A stretch of 64,000 nucleotides of DNA from the human T2T-CHM13v2.0 reference genome, Homo sapiens. This document shows, one piece after another, positions 25,107-36,869 of the stretch. Position 1 is the stretch's first letter. The number at the start of each line of letters is the position of its first letter. Where the stretch lies: the NCBI RefSeq assembly GCF_009914755.1, contig NC_060929.1; one strand, written 5' to 3'. Position numbers and translations under genes: made by a program. The notes beneath the pieces are model-generated. The model saw only the letters and a program-made list of their open reading frames with translations. It had not been told where the DNA came from and ran no database searches.

Positions 25107-28021
25107 GCTAACATTTTTCCCAAATCCAAGAATTATCCTGGTGGCCTAGAGTCACATTCAGAGGGGACTAGAGACAAAGCCTGGGGCTCTGAATAAAACA
25201 TCACCCTTGAAGGGTTACACCCTCAGTAGGATAACCTGCCTCACAGAGCAACATTTGTCTGCCTGAACCTTTGCTTGGGGGATTCGGACACACATTTATG
25301 CTATCTCAATGGCCTAAAAACCCCAAATTAACCATGTGGTTAAAAATAACTCCAGGTTGATGAGGCCTCTCTTTGAAGAACACGGTGCTCAAAAAATTAT
25401 TATAAATAAAATTTCAGGGAATATGAGATGATGAACAAAAATTGCTAAAAACATGATAAAATGAGCAACATGAACAAGAGACAACAAAACAAGAAAAGAC
25501 AGGCTACCTCCACAGGAACCATGATCAAATTGGCTGCCGACTTCTCAGGATCAACCCTGGAAACCAGCTGACGATGTTACAATAAATGTAGAAGTGTTTA
25601 TTTCAGATGTTCTTTAGTTGGAGCTTGGAGAAAGGCTGGAGTAAGTACAGTCAATCTAGAATCTGGACTCTAAATGAAAGCATAACGGGACTTCAGAAAA
25701 GTGTAAAATATGAAGGGATATAGCAGTGAAGGTGGTAAAAGGTCATTTATTTGCCTTCCAAGAAGCCAATGAAGCCCCAAGAATGGCACAAAAAGAGCAA
25801 AACTGCACTTTCTTTTGCCATTTTGATGGCAAAGGATGGTTTTGTCCATGTCCAGAGCACTTAGAAGCTTCCCACTACCCAAGGCCAACCAGGGCAACAG
25901 TAGTGAAACAATGAAGGGCAAACAATTGCCCTTTAGCATGTGACTTTTCACACAGCGCCTGCAGAAATTCAAATGATGGTTTTAAATTGAACTTTTCTAA
26001 AACTCAAAAGAGATATAGGTGATTTGTTTGATGGAAGCTGTTTTGTTGATTATAGTAAAGGTGAAAAGATCTTAGGAGACAACATAGTTCAAACTCCTAA
26101 TTTTAAAGGCCAGGAAACTGATTCCCAGAGAGAAGAAGCAACTTGCTTATGGTGAGATTTACACAGACCAGAAACCAAGTTTCTGGTATGTCCTGCTGGA
26201 TTACTTCCCCCATGAGACATAGGAGAGTTAAGTACCCAAATAAAAGCATTATCTCAGCCATGATCTCCAATGCAGTGATTTCTTGCTTCTTGCTCCTCAC
26301 TCAAGTCCAGGCAGCTCAGGAGAATATCTTGGATGAGCCAGCGGGAGCATCCTGGAAGCCTGCTCTTGGTTGGAAAACCTTGGTCAGCTAGGACTAAGAT
26401 CAGGACCACCTACCTACCCAGGATTCTACAGGAGTGATGAGGGAATCGGGTCTTATTTTTGTTATTTTTCAAGTTAATTATGTAAATGGGCATCTATTTA
26501 GTGCACTTGGCATTCAAATCAGATTTAATGGTAAGAGTGATTTGCTTCCCATACTGCTCAGTGAAGAGGAGATCATTTCCAATATCTTACAAGAGTTACA
26601 AAGTATTCACACAAACAGGACATTGTCTTTATTCCAAATCCCTTACATTTTCTTTACCTGGATTTGAAACTGTATGGAGCTAGACATGCCCTGTGTATAC
26701 ACCTCCCTATGTGTTTCATCCTAGAGTATGTGTTGAATGTAACCTTGATACACTCATATACCAAGAAAATGTTAGCTGTGCTGGTTAGATGTTGAATGTA
26801 ACTTGATAAACTCCATACTCCCAGGTTTCACCTTCTCTGCCTGATTCTAGGAGACAGCCATTTTTTCACTAGGGAGCTAGACCCATGAAGCCACGAGACC
26901 TGGTAACTGAGGGTTGCATGACGCACAAAGCCCTGTCAGTTACCCTGATAAGTATCAGACATCATTTTGGAACTTTCTCTAAGGCAGAATCCTCCACCCC
27001 ACTTTGGGCTGCCCTCCAACTAACTGGAAAACTGCTTCATTTTGCTAATGATGACCTGGGTTTGGGTTTCTTATCATTTTTGTTTCCTGGAGGCCAGTAG
27101 CCACAGATATGAATCAAACAAGAAAAGAGGGCAAGTCAGGGTGGAATTTTCCCAGCCTCTGTTTTCCTTCCAAGTGCAGATTCCCTGACTGGGGTGTAGC
27201 AGCCTGCAGAAATTTTGACCTGAATGAAAGAGGAAACGTTGTGCTCAGAGGGACTGCATAGGTACTCTAGGAGAAGGTGCTCTATAATAACCACAAAGCC
27301 CTAAGTATAAGGGGCTTATTAAAGCTCATATCCTTTGAGGCAACCCTGGAACTGTTCTTTCCCAGCCCTTCTCTCATGTCCTCCCCCTTTCCCCTCTGGC
27401 AAGGACTTTCTGGGATAGAACATGCTCTGTTCTAGAAACTGGTCAGAGCTTCTTTTTCATTCTGAACATAGATTTGCATGGTTTAAAAAATAAATCCAAA
27501 AGAGTAAATTGGAATAGACCTTCCGGAGGGAAACTGCAATATGTATGAAATCCCAAAAAGCAGTTACATTTGGGGAAATTTATGCTGAAGAAACAATCAA
27601 GCTCATGCATAGAGGTCTAAGTGCAAGGATATTCATCTGGCCTTGTTCATGTGAAAGTAAAAACAATGGGATTCCAGAGTTTCTGCTGAGTGGGGTCAGG
27701 CAACACCTCTCCCACCTTATATGCACCTGCATCCACGAGTTTAAGAGGCTAAACACAAGTCTAATTGAAGAGCTGAAGAGCCTCTTGGGATAAAATACTT
27801 AAAACCATTTCTCTTTTTTTCTTTTTGAGGTTGAGATATAGGCATGCATGTCTGGTGAATGTGGCTCTGGTGAAAACCGGATGGGGGTAATCCTAAGGTG
27901 AATTCTTCAGAAAAGAGAAAGTAAGCCCCTCACTTAGCAACAGGGCCTCATCATTAGAAGGAAGCAGTGGTTCCAAATACAAAGTGTTAGCTAATACCAG
28001 CACTTGAATCAACCCCTCTAC

Positions 28022-28124
28022 TAGAGAGACCAACTATTCAGATTTGCCTAGGATTGAGGAGTTTCCTGGGACATGGGACTTACGGTGCTAAAACCAGAAA
28101 AGTCCCAGCAAACTGGTCATTCTG
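28022..28124. mobile_element. MER81 (hAT-Blackjack MITE)
   Basis: 'accaactattcagatttgcctaggattgaggagtttcctgggacatgggac...gtgctaaaaccagaaaagtccc'; perfect 8-bp target duplication CCCTCTAC at 28014-28021 and 28125-28132. Confidence 0.85.
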
Positions 28125-30403
28125 CCCTCTACTAGGGAGGTGTGGGTGGCCACTCAGATAAAGTGGTTAAGTGAGAACTGATAGAGTGTATAACAACAGT
28201 GGACACATTGGGCAGCAGGCAAGCTCGCTGTGGGATCCTAGCTGAGCATAATGAAGACATCTTTTCCTTTTCACCTCATAGGGCTTATCACAGCAGAAGA
28301 GATTGCCAATTTTGAAATGCATTAGTGGACACATTTGGAATGGTGGATTTTCAGAACATGGTGATGAGGTCAGTAGTACAACAACAGGGGCACAGTGCCT
28401 GACCAGAGCATGTCCTGTGGAACTGTCCGGCTTGGGGATGCACTGCCTTGGTTCAGTTGGCTAGAGAAGCAAGCAACAGGAATGATCCACGGACACATGT
28501 AAGCACTTGGGGATTCTTGGAAATATTGAAGGAGGAAAATTCTGAAAATGATGGGAGTTGGGCCATTAGAGATATTAAATGTGGGGAACTAATGTTACTA
28601 TATTTGCACTTATTTGCTAGTAATGCCTGGGTCACATTTATGAGAAAAAAAATTAAAACAACTGTTTGATAATAGGAAATTGATTAAATAAATTATGGTA
28701 TTTATAGTCATTTGGGATGAAGATATAAATGGGTGTATACACACACACATACGTATATATATATGAGAGGGAGATGTAAAGATAATTACGATATTATTGA
28801 ATGGAATAAAATTAGCATGTAAAATATGGCCCTATTTTATTACAGGATGTCTACATTTTTAAATTTAGATGCACGTATATGAATGCCCAAAAGAGTCCAG
28901 AAGATTAACAATTAAATAGACTCTGCATAGTGGAATTTTGGGGCACTTACATTTTTATTACTTTTTTATCTCTCAATTTCTCTAAAAGAGCATGGATAAC
29001 TTACATGACACACAAACACACACATACACACTTAAACTACTGGCACGTGCCAGACAGCTGCAGCTTTCTAACACCCTTTCACAAAAAAGGCATCATATCT
29101 ACAATTTTAAGATGTGTTCAAATTGAGCACTGACATTTTGAATAATATATTCAAGAAGAACAAATCACCTGTAGGCCTGAGCTAAGTAGTACATGTGTTT
29201 TGAGGCACTGGGCGGGGGGTGGGGGAAGCATATATCTCAATTTTCATGACCATCTAGGTTCAGAAATTGGCAAAGAAAGAAGTTAGAATTCCTTTTTCAT
29301 TTTGTTGGCAAAAGTTTCTTCCATGCCTGAAATTGCATGACTACCAGGCCTGGTGATCTGGATAAGAAGAGGTGGCACTCTAGTCTGCATGGCATGCAAG
29401 GGAAGCCTAACAAGCTTGGCAAATAGTGAGTGGCTCTGGGAAGAGCATGGGTGGAGGTGGGGGTCCATGCGGGCTCTGCCTGGACAAAAGCCCTAATGTC
29501 TGTGATCTCAGAGCTTTGCAAAGCATGGACATGAGGCAGACCTTCCATATGTGCTTGTTACATTCATTAAACAACACCAACAACCACCAGATGCCACAAG
29601 CACTTTATTGTGTTCCCTATGCTAGGGACTTTGCATGACATTTTATGTATATACATGTATATATCACCTCTCTTTTTACCACACCTTTAAAATGGCATTA
29701 CTCCCATTTTAAAGGTAGGAAAATTGAGACCCCCACCAACTAGGGGCTTAATAATTTAATCACCACTATGTGATCTGCTGATACTATGCAGTGACATTTA
29801 TAATCCTAGATTTGCCAGCCTTTTATGTTCCTAGCCCAGAGAAGTAACCAAAGGAGGGTAGCCAAGTAGCTATTTTGAGAAAGGGCACGTGCAGGCACTC
29901 TCTATTAGGATGCTGTGCCCCTGCTCACTGATGGCTCAGACAGTGGAAATTAGAGGACCCAAAAGCTCCTCTGCTTGTCGTCTGCAGCATGTTTTTACTG
30001 TTGATGAGCAGAATTCAGAGAGCCTGAGAATTGCATACTTAACAGAAGCTCATCCAAACCTATTTGGTCTGGATAATGGGCTGGAAATCAAGCTCTTGCT
30101 GAGAGTTTCTGGTTCAATCAAGTCAGAAAATTACATGAATCTCAATTTTTAAAATACATATGTTTTATAATATGATTGAAAGAGTACCTTGGACTTGAGT
30201 TTTTAACCAGCTAGTCCCCATTTCTCCAACCCTTACCCAGCATCAAAAAATTCACAGGGATTTATCCTAGAAAATTTAATTGTATTCAAGCTGCCAAGAA
30301 AGGAATACTTGCTTAAGGTACTTGGTCCATCAGAGGGAATCAAAAACAGGCTGACTTTATAGAAATATAGGAGTTTTTATGTAAAAGTATGCCCACTAAA
30401 CTA

Positions 30404-32323
30404 TTTATTTTAATCTTGTTTTATCTTTTTTATTGCAGCACTTTATTTTTCCTTACACAATGACATGTTGCTGGGGCCTAATGTCCTCACATAACAGTAG
30501 AAAACAAAAATTTGTTTTCATTTCTTAAAGAATCCAGAATTGTGTACAAAAACTTTCATAAATTAAAAGGATGAATACACTTACAGGGGCGAATGCAAAC
30601 CACTTCTAACTCAAGGCAAGCCACCGTGTTCTGGCAGGAAAACATCAGGTAAGAAAGGAAACTGGGTCCTAAGGCTTGGATTTCTCCAACCCTCATAGAT
30701 CGGAAAGACAGAAAGGACAACTGGTTCAGAAGTTTTGTCAGCCTCTAGAGAAATCCTGAAGCACTCCATTCTGACACATTAATACCTGCACAGATTGAGA
30801 GACTGCTGGTCACGCGGACTCACCAAGCCACAGACTTCTCCTTCAAAAGCATGTTTTCACCTCAGCCATGAAGTGACTGAGCCACATGTACTAAGGGTTT
30901 ACATCAAAGATATGTACAGGGTGTTAAACAAATACCAAGGGAACAATTAACTTGAATACAAGGTCAAAATCAGCAACAAATTCTATAATCCAGTGCCAAT
31001 ATTAGATACAAGCTTCAAGGACCAATTTCTTTTCAAAAGCTTATTCCAATTTTGTGAGGTTAGCATGTGGTGTATACATTTGCCTGGGGCAAATTTATAC
31101 TTCTGAATTAACTCATGCAGCAAATGCTATGCATCTGCTCACAGTCCATTTAGAAGCATTTGCAGTGGATGATGGAGGGGCCAGCTCATCACACTACTGC
31201 TTGCTGATCTGCGTCAGCTGGAGGGAGGACAGCGAGGCCAGGATAAAGCCACCAATCCATTCCGAGTACTTGCCCTCAAGGGGAGTGGTGATCCTGATCC
31301 TCATGGTGCTGGGCGCCAGGGCAGTGACCTCCTTCTGCATCCTGTGAGTGATGCCCAGGTATATGATAGTGTCACCAGACAGCACTGTGTTGGCAAACAG
31401 GTCCTTGCAGATGTTCACATTATACTTCATGATGTAGTTGAATGTGGTCTCATGGATGCTACAAGATTCCACGCCCAGGAAGGAGGGCTAGACACTGGAA
31501 CTGTTCATTGCCAGTGGTGATTACCTGCTGTGTGGAAGCCCCTAGTTCTTCTCCAGGGAGGAGCTGGAGGCTGTGGTGGCCATCTTCTCTGGAAGTCCAG
31601 GGAGAGATAGCACAGCTTCTCCTTGATGTTGTGCATGATTTCTTGTTCGGCTATGGAGGTGAAGCTGTAGCCTTGCTCTGTGAGGGTATTTGTAGGGTAG
31701 TCAGGTCCCAGCTAGCCAGGTCAGATGCAGGGTGGCATGCAAGAGGGCACAGCCCTGGTAGAGGGGCACCATGTTGGTGACCCCATCACCAGAGTTCATC
31801 ATGGTGCCAGTGGTGCTGCCAGAGGCGTGCAATAAGCACAACCTGGATAGCCACCTGCATGGCTGGGATGTTGAAAGTCTCCAACATGATCTGGGTCATC
31901 TTTTCACGAGTGGCCTAGTGGTTCAGGGAGGCCTTGGTCAGCAGAACCAGGAGCTCCCCAGAGGTGATGCGCAGCTTGTTGTAGAAGATGTGGAACTAGA
32001 TCTTCTCCATTTCATTGTATTTGGTGATGATGTCATGCTCAATGTGGTGCTTCAGGGTCAGGCTTTCATGCTTGCTCTGGGCCTAGTCACCAATGTAGGA
32101 GTCCTGGCCCATGCCCATCATCATGCCCTGGTGTCAGGGGTGCCCAACGATGGAGGGGGAACATGGGTTGGGGGACGTTGTGTCCAGCAAAGCCAGCTTT
32201 GCACATGCTGGAGCCATTGTCAATGACCAGCCCATGATCTCTTCTTTCACTGCTTTGGCCAAGGAGCCAGGTGTCCCGGCTGGGAGAGAACGTGGAGCAT
32301 GGGCCAGTCCATTGGTGACTGAG
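30404..32323 (-). pseudogene. Processed (retro)pseudogene of cytoplasmic gamma-actin ACTG1, with 5' UTR, CDS remnant 32250..31150, full 3' UTR and degenerate poly(A)
   Basis: Minus strand reads [36 protein letters not shown]...[15 protein letters not shown] and ends ...KCF-TAA (stop 31150-31152); no introns; start degraded to GTG AAA GAA GAG ATC (MEEEI is the gamma-actin N-terminus); ~700-bp 3' UTR matches ACTG1 as I recall it; AATAAA at 30442-30447; in-frame stops and frameshifts. Specific ACTG1P number not determinable. Confidence 0.96.
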
Positions 32324-32415
32324 CCTATTAGAGTCTTTAAAAATACTGTTTGTAGAAACTACAAATTGCAAAACAGAAGCTGCTGAAAGCAAAACCCTTC
32401 CCCTCTTTTCCCTAA

Positions 32416-32550
32416 AAAAGAAGGAAGGAAGGAAGGAAGGAAGGAAGGAAGGGAGAGAGGGAGGGAGGGAGGGAGGGAGGGAATGAATGAAGGAAGGAAG
32501 GAAGGAAGGAAGGAAGGAAGGAAGGAAGGAAGGAACGAAAGAAAGGAAAC
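32416..32550 (+). repeat. Compound (GGAA)n/(GGGA)n polypurine microsatellite
   Basis: (GGAA)7 at 32423-32450, GGGA run 32459-32481, (GGAA)11 at 32492-32535. Confidence 0.97.
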
Positions 32551-33289
32551 AAGAACATTAAGAATGTAGTCAACTGTGTAAGTAATGGCCCCTCTCATAA
32601 CTCTAGATCATTTTTCTCCCTATCAAAGGTACTAAATTATGTGAAAAGCCATCTCATCTACTATATACAAAGGAAGAGGGAGCATAAAACAAAAGAGAAG
32701 ATCATACTAGTAGTTCAAATTCCTTAAGTGATGAGGATTTCTGGAAATATCAGTAAACAGAATCATGTTCTCCAAAAGGCTGAGCTTTCAGTTCAAAAAC
32801 CCTGTAAAAGTCTCTTTTGGATTACCTGGTGAAGAGCTGCAACTTGAGTTGGAGTCAGCAGCTGGGAAGCCATAAAGTTTTCAATCTAGGCATTTTCCAT
32901 TTTTTATGGCCTAGTTGGTATCTCTAAGGAAATTTGCAAAATTACTTCTAGTCATTTAGTTTTCTGAATCTGCATGAACCACACTCATTTACTTAGGCCA
33001 ATATGTCTTAGCTCATATTGTTCTCTCATTATTTTTTCTATTTTTTAAAATTAGCATTTACCTATAGGAAAGACAATGAGGTCTTCTTTTGCCCTGAATT
33101 CAAGTCCTTCAAGGCTCTCAGAGTGTTACAACAAGCAGAAATCTTAGCAATGAAGTTATTACAAACCCTTGATTTTACAGGAGAGGAAACTAGGGTCAGA
33201 GTAGGTGTGAGACTTATCTATAATGATTTTCTAAATGATTTTAGACTTATCTATAATGATTATCTAAAATGATTTTCTGTAAAACATAA

Positions 33290-33490
33290 ATTAGCATGGG
33301 TGGTGGAAAATGACAGGTCTCTGAAGTTAAACAGACTGTATAAGAGTCCCAGCTCTACCTGTTGCCTTTGTGGCCTCAGGCATAACCACATAACCATAAT
33401 CTCTATAATGTCATCCATAAAATGGGGATAATAAAATACATATTAGGGGTTGTGTGGACTGGCTTAGGACAGGCTTTCAATAAATGTCCA
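33290..33490 (+). mobile_element. MIR SINE
   Basis: 'gagtcccagctctacc...tgtggcctcaggca...tcatccataaaatggggataataa'. Confidence 0.7.
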
Positions 33491-34089
33491 TTTTCTTTTT
33501 TTAAAAGACAAGACACCAAAACAAGTAAAATATCCAGGAGATTAAGATGGACAAATTTCCCAATTTATTTTAGGCCACATGAAAATGAGGCAGGACTTCT
33601 ATTCCTAGTTGATCTCTGTAATTCTCTTAATTTTCTAAAAACCCCGTATCTCCACAGGAGCTCCACAGGAGCTCCCTGAAAAAAATATATTTCCACTAAT
33701 AGAAGAACCTAGGGTTCTTACACTTCCCTTTTGGTGCCTGGGAAGTGGGTTTCCCTCATGCTGTGAGAGTGCAAGGACTCCTCGACATTGGCCTATATTA
33801 CTTAGGATGTTGCTCAAGATCCAGAGGATGGGCCCCTTCGAATTTGATGAGCTTCATATAGTAATCATCAGAAATCAGGCTGAGCACTTGGTATGGAATC
33901 AGGAAAATTAGCAGATGGATGGACTGGTGTGAATACGAAACATAGCCTGATTTTGGAAGTAAGGAAGAAGAAAAGGAAGATACTGGCAATAATTGCCCTG
34001 TAAACATCATTTCCAATCATATTCATATATATACACCTCTCTAAGTAGCAGGAGAGTGATGATATCAGGAACAATAAGTGATGTAGGCT

Positions 34090-34400
34090 TCAAAGAAACA
34101 AATCATTCCTGCACAATAGCTTTTTTTGACAGAGTTATGAATAGATGAAGGGGAAATGCAAGAGATGTAATATATCTTATGTTGGTAAAGACGATATGTC
34201 TCAGGAAATTTTATTTGCAAAATTAGCTACAAGATCACAAAGAAAGTTTATTGATAAATTGCAAAGTTTCTGGTCGTAGGGAGCTGCAGAAATGGCTGTT
34301 GGGGATGCTCTTATTTAACACCTTCATCATTAATTTGGAAGAAGGAGTGAATCCCTCCCTGTGTTCATGAAAATTACAGTTTATACTAAATCAGGACGTG
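34090..34400 (+). mobile_element. L3/CR1 LINE reverse-transcriptase remnant
   Basis: 'tttgacagagtta...gatgaaggggaaatgca...gatgtaatatatctt' and 'ttatttaacaccttcatcattaatttggaagaagga' (LFNTFIINLEEG, compare CR1 LFNIFINDL). Confidence 0.5.
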
Positions 34401-34811
34401 GTGTGAACACTGATTAGCCAGAGACTGACACAAAGGGGTCCCAAAAGGGGATAATTGGACAGACGCAAGAGCTAACTGAGGAAAGTGTCTTAAGGTGTGT
34501 TTTGATTTACCTTTCTTCACAGAGAACTGAGTTAGAATCTGACAGCAAAGCAGGGCCACACAGACTTGGAGGAAGAGGTGGACAATGGAAAAGAATCTGT
34601 TAGGTACAAACTCATGGGGACTAGTATTTGGCGGGGGCCCACCCTGTGCAAAGTTCTGCACTCAGACTTCCACAATCTGAGAGGGTGCTCAGAGGAGACT
34701 CAAAGAAGTTAAAAATCCCAGAATAGAAAAGAAACTCAAAATTTTTCATAATCCAACCATTCCCCAGTGATTATAATTTGACATAAATTTGACTCCCTTG
34801 ACTTCTAGGAA

Positions 34812-35174
34812 TGATATGGTTTGGCTGTGTCCTCACCCAAATCTCATCTTTAATTGTATCTCCCAGAATTCTCATGTGCTGTGGGAGGGACCCAGGGGGA
34901 GGTAATTAAATCATGGGGGCCAGTCTTTCCTGTGCTATTCTCATGATAGTGAATAAGTCTCATGAGATCTGACCGGTTTATCAGGGGTTTCGGCTTTTGC
35001 TTCTTCCTCATTCTCTCTTGCTGCCACCATGTAAGAAGTGCCTTTCACCCTCCTCCATGATTGTGAGACCTTCCCCAGCCACGTGGAACTGTAAGTCCAA
35101 TTAAACCTTTTTCTTTTGTAAATTGCCCAGTCTCGGGTATGTCTTTATCAGCATTGTGAAAACAGACTAATACA
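34812..35174 (+). mobile_element. THE1 (MaLR) solo LTR
   Basis: TGATATGGTTTGGCTGTGTCC...CCAAATCTCATC start, ...GAAAACAGACTAATACA end. Confidence 0.95.
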
Positions 35175-35847
35175 CCCAGTAAGTATAATTTGACATAAAC
35201 TTAACTACTTCTAGGAGCTTGGATTCCATAGTAGCACAGAAATCCCACGGCAGATGATCAATTGTGTACTGAGATATGTCTGTATACAAACAACATATAC
35301 AAAAATAACTTTTTTCAATCTTCGTAATTAATATGGGGGAAATGAAGCAAGGTTCTAAATGAACTGTGGCAGGTAGCTCAAGAGAGAGATGGTGGAAGGT
35401 GTTCTTGTGACACAATTTGCAGCCACATTTGATTGAGAGAGTTCGTGAATCACATCAGAAGAGGCTAGCTGATGATTTGCTGTTGTACTCAAGTCCCACA
35501 GGATTTTGAAAACAAATCAAGAGAGAGCAGGTTTGTTTGTGATAGTGAAGAATGTGAAAGAGCAGTGGACTTGGAGATAGTTCTGGCTGTTCCTCTGACC
35601 AAGCCAATTCGGGAAAGTCACTTCCCATCCTGGACATTGATGATCTCATCTTTAAAATGAGAAAGGTGGGCTAGTCTAGGATTCATGAACTCAAATTTCT
35701 TCAGGGTCCAGATAAATAATGTAAACATGTAAAGTTTCCACAGGTAGTGGTAGGTCTTGTAGGAATTGGAGAGTTATCACACCAATTTTGGGAATTCAAA
35801 ACTTGGAAAGCTTTGTACTGTTTAAATAAAACATCTCTGTTCACGGA

Positions 35848-36209
35848 TGATATGGTTTGCCTGTGTACCCACCCAAATCTCATCTTGAATTGTAGCTCCC
35901 ACAACTCCCGCGTGTCATGGTAATTACCTCCCAGTAATTGAATCATGGGGGCAGGTCTTTCCCATGCTGTTCTCATGATAGTGAATAAGTCTCATGAGAT
36001 CTTATGGTTTTATAAAGGGGAGTTCCCCTACACAAGTCCACTCTTCCCTGCCACCATGTAAGATGTGACCTGGCTCCTCATTCGCCTTCCACTGTGATTG
36101 TGAGGCCTCCCCAGCCACGTGGAACTGTGAGTCAATTAAGCCTCTTTCCTTTATAAATTACCCAGTCTTGGGTATGTCTTTATTAGCAGTGTGAGAACAA
36201 ACTAATACA
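35848..36209 (+). mobile_element. THE1 (MaLR) solo LTR
   Basis: TGATATGGTTTGCCTGTGTACCCACCCAAATCTCATCTTGAATTGTAGCTCCC start, ...GAGAACAAACTAATACA end. Confidence 0.95.
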
Positions 36210-36422
36210 GTAGGCAAGATCATTATTCCATTATATTATTGTATTCCCAAGGAGATGAAGGGAAGAGAAAGTGGGAGTGGGTACAGAAAAACAGAGAGTG
36301 ATGGAGAAAGCAGTATCCAAGGTTCAGGAATGAATCCCAGAACCCAAGTTTAGTCTGTTCCAAAGAGCTGAGAGTCAGAAACTTGGAAAAGCAGAGATAC
36401 CAGACACTGCAGAACTTTATAC

Positions 36423-36736
36423 CAGTGCTGTGCAGTAGAAACGAAATGTGAGCCACAAATGTAATTTTAAATTTTTCAGAAGTCACATTTTAAAAGTAAA
36501 AAGAAACAGGTAAAGTAATTTAATGCTATATTGTATTTAATCCAATATATTAAAAAATTTATTTCAAACACAATTAATTTGCATATGTCAATAAAACAGT
36601 TTACGTTTTTTTGTTCTAAGCCTTTAAAATCTGATATGTATTTTACACATACAGCACATCTCCGTTTTGGACTAGCCACACTTAAAATGCTTTATAGCCC
36701 CACATAGGTAGTGGCTATAGTATTGCACAGTGCAAG
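36423..36736. mobile_element. MER33 (hAT-Charlie) DNA transposon
   Basis: 'cagtgctgtgcagtagaaac...gtgagccacaaatgtaattttaaattttt...actagccacacttaaaatgct...gtggctatagtattgcacagtgca'. Confidence 0.8.
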
Positions 36737-36869
36737 TCTAGAAGGATCAGAAGAGAGAAAGGGAGGTGACCCACAGGCTAATACAAACATCCATGGTTTG
36801 GAAGTCAGGTGTGTCAGAGAAGTACCAGGAAATGTGTTATTGGGAAAGATAGCAAAACCTACTGTATTT

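Noticed and set aside
26731-26817. Repeat-spacer-repeat as a CRISPR-like array
   Set aside because: Only two imperfect copies, primate context, no cas genes
31771-32226. 151-aa plus-strand ORF (and ORFs at 31054, 31442, 32111)
   Set aside because: Antisense shadows of the actin pseudogene coding sequence; no independent protein similarity
30395-32340. Target-site duplication for the ACTG1 retrocopy
   Set aside because: Only a 5-nt match (ctatt) is visible, too short to call
34812-36209. Two THE1 LTRs as the ends of one provirus
   Set aside because: The ~670-bp spacer lacks the THE1-internal start and contains host duplication and MIR-like sequence; better read as two solo LTRs
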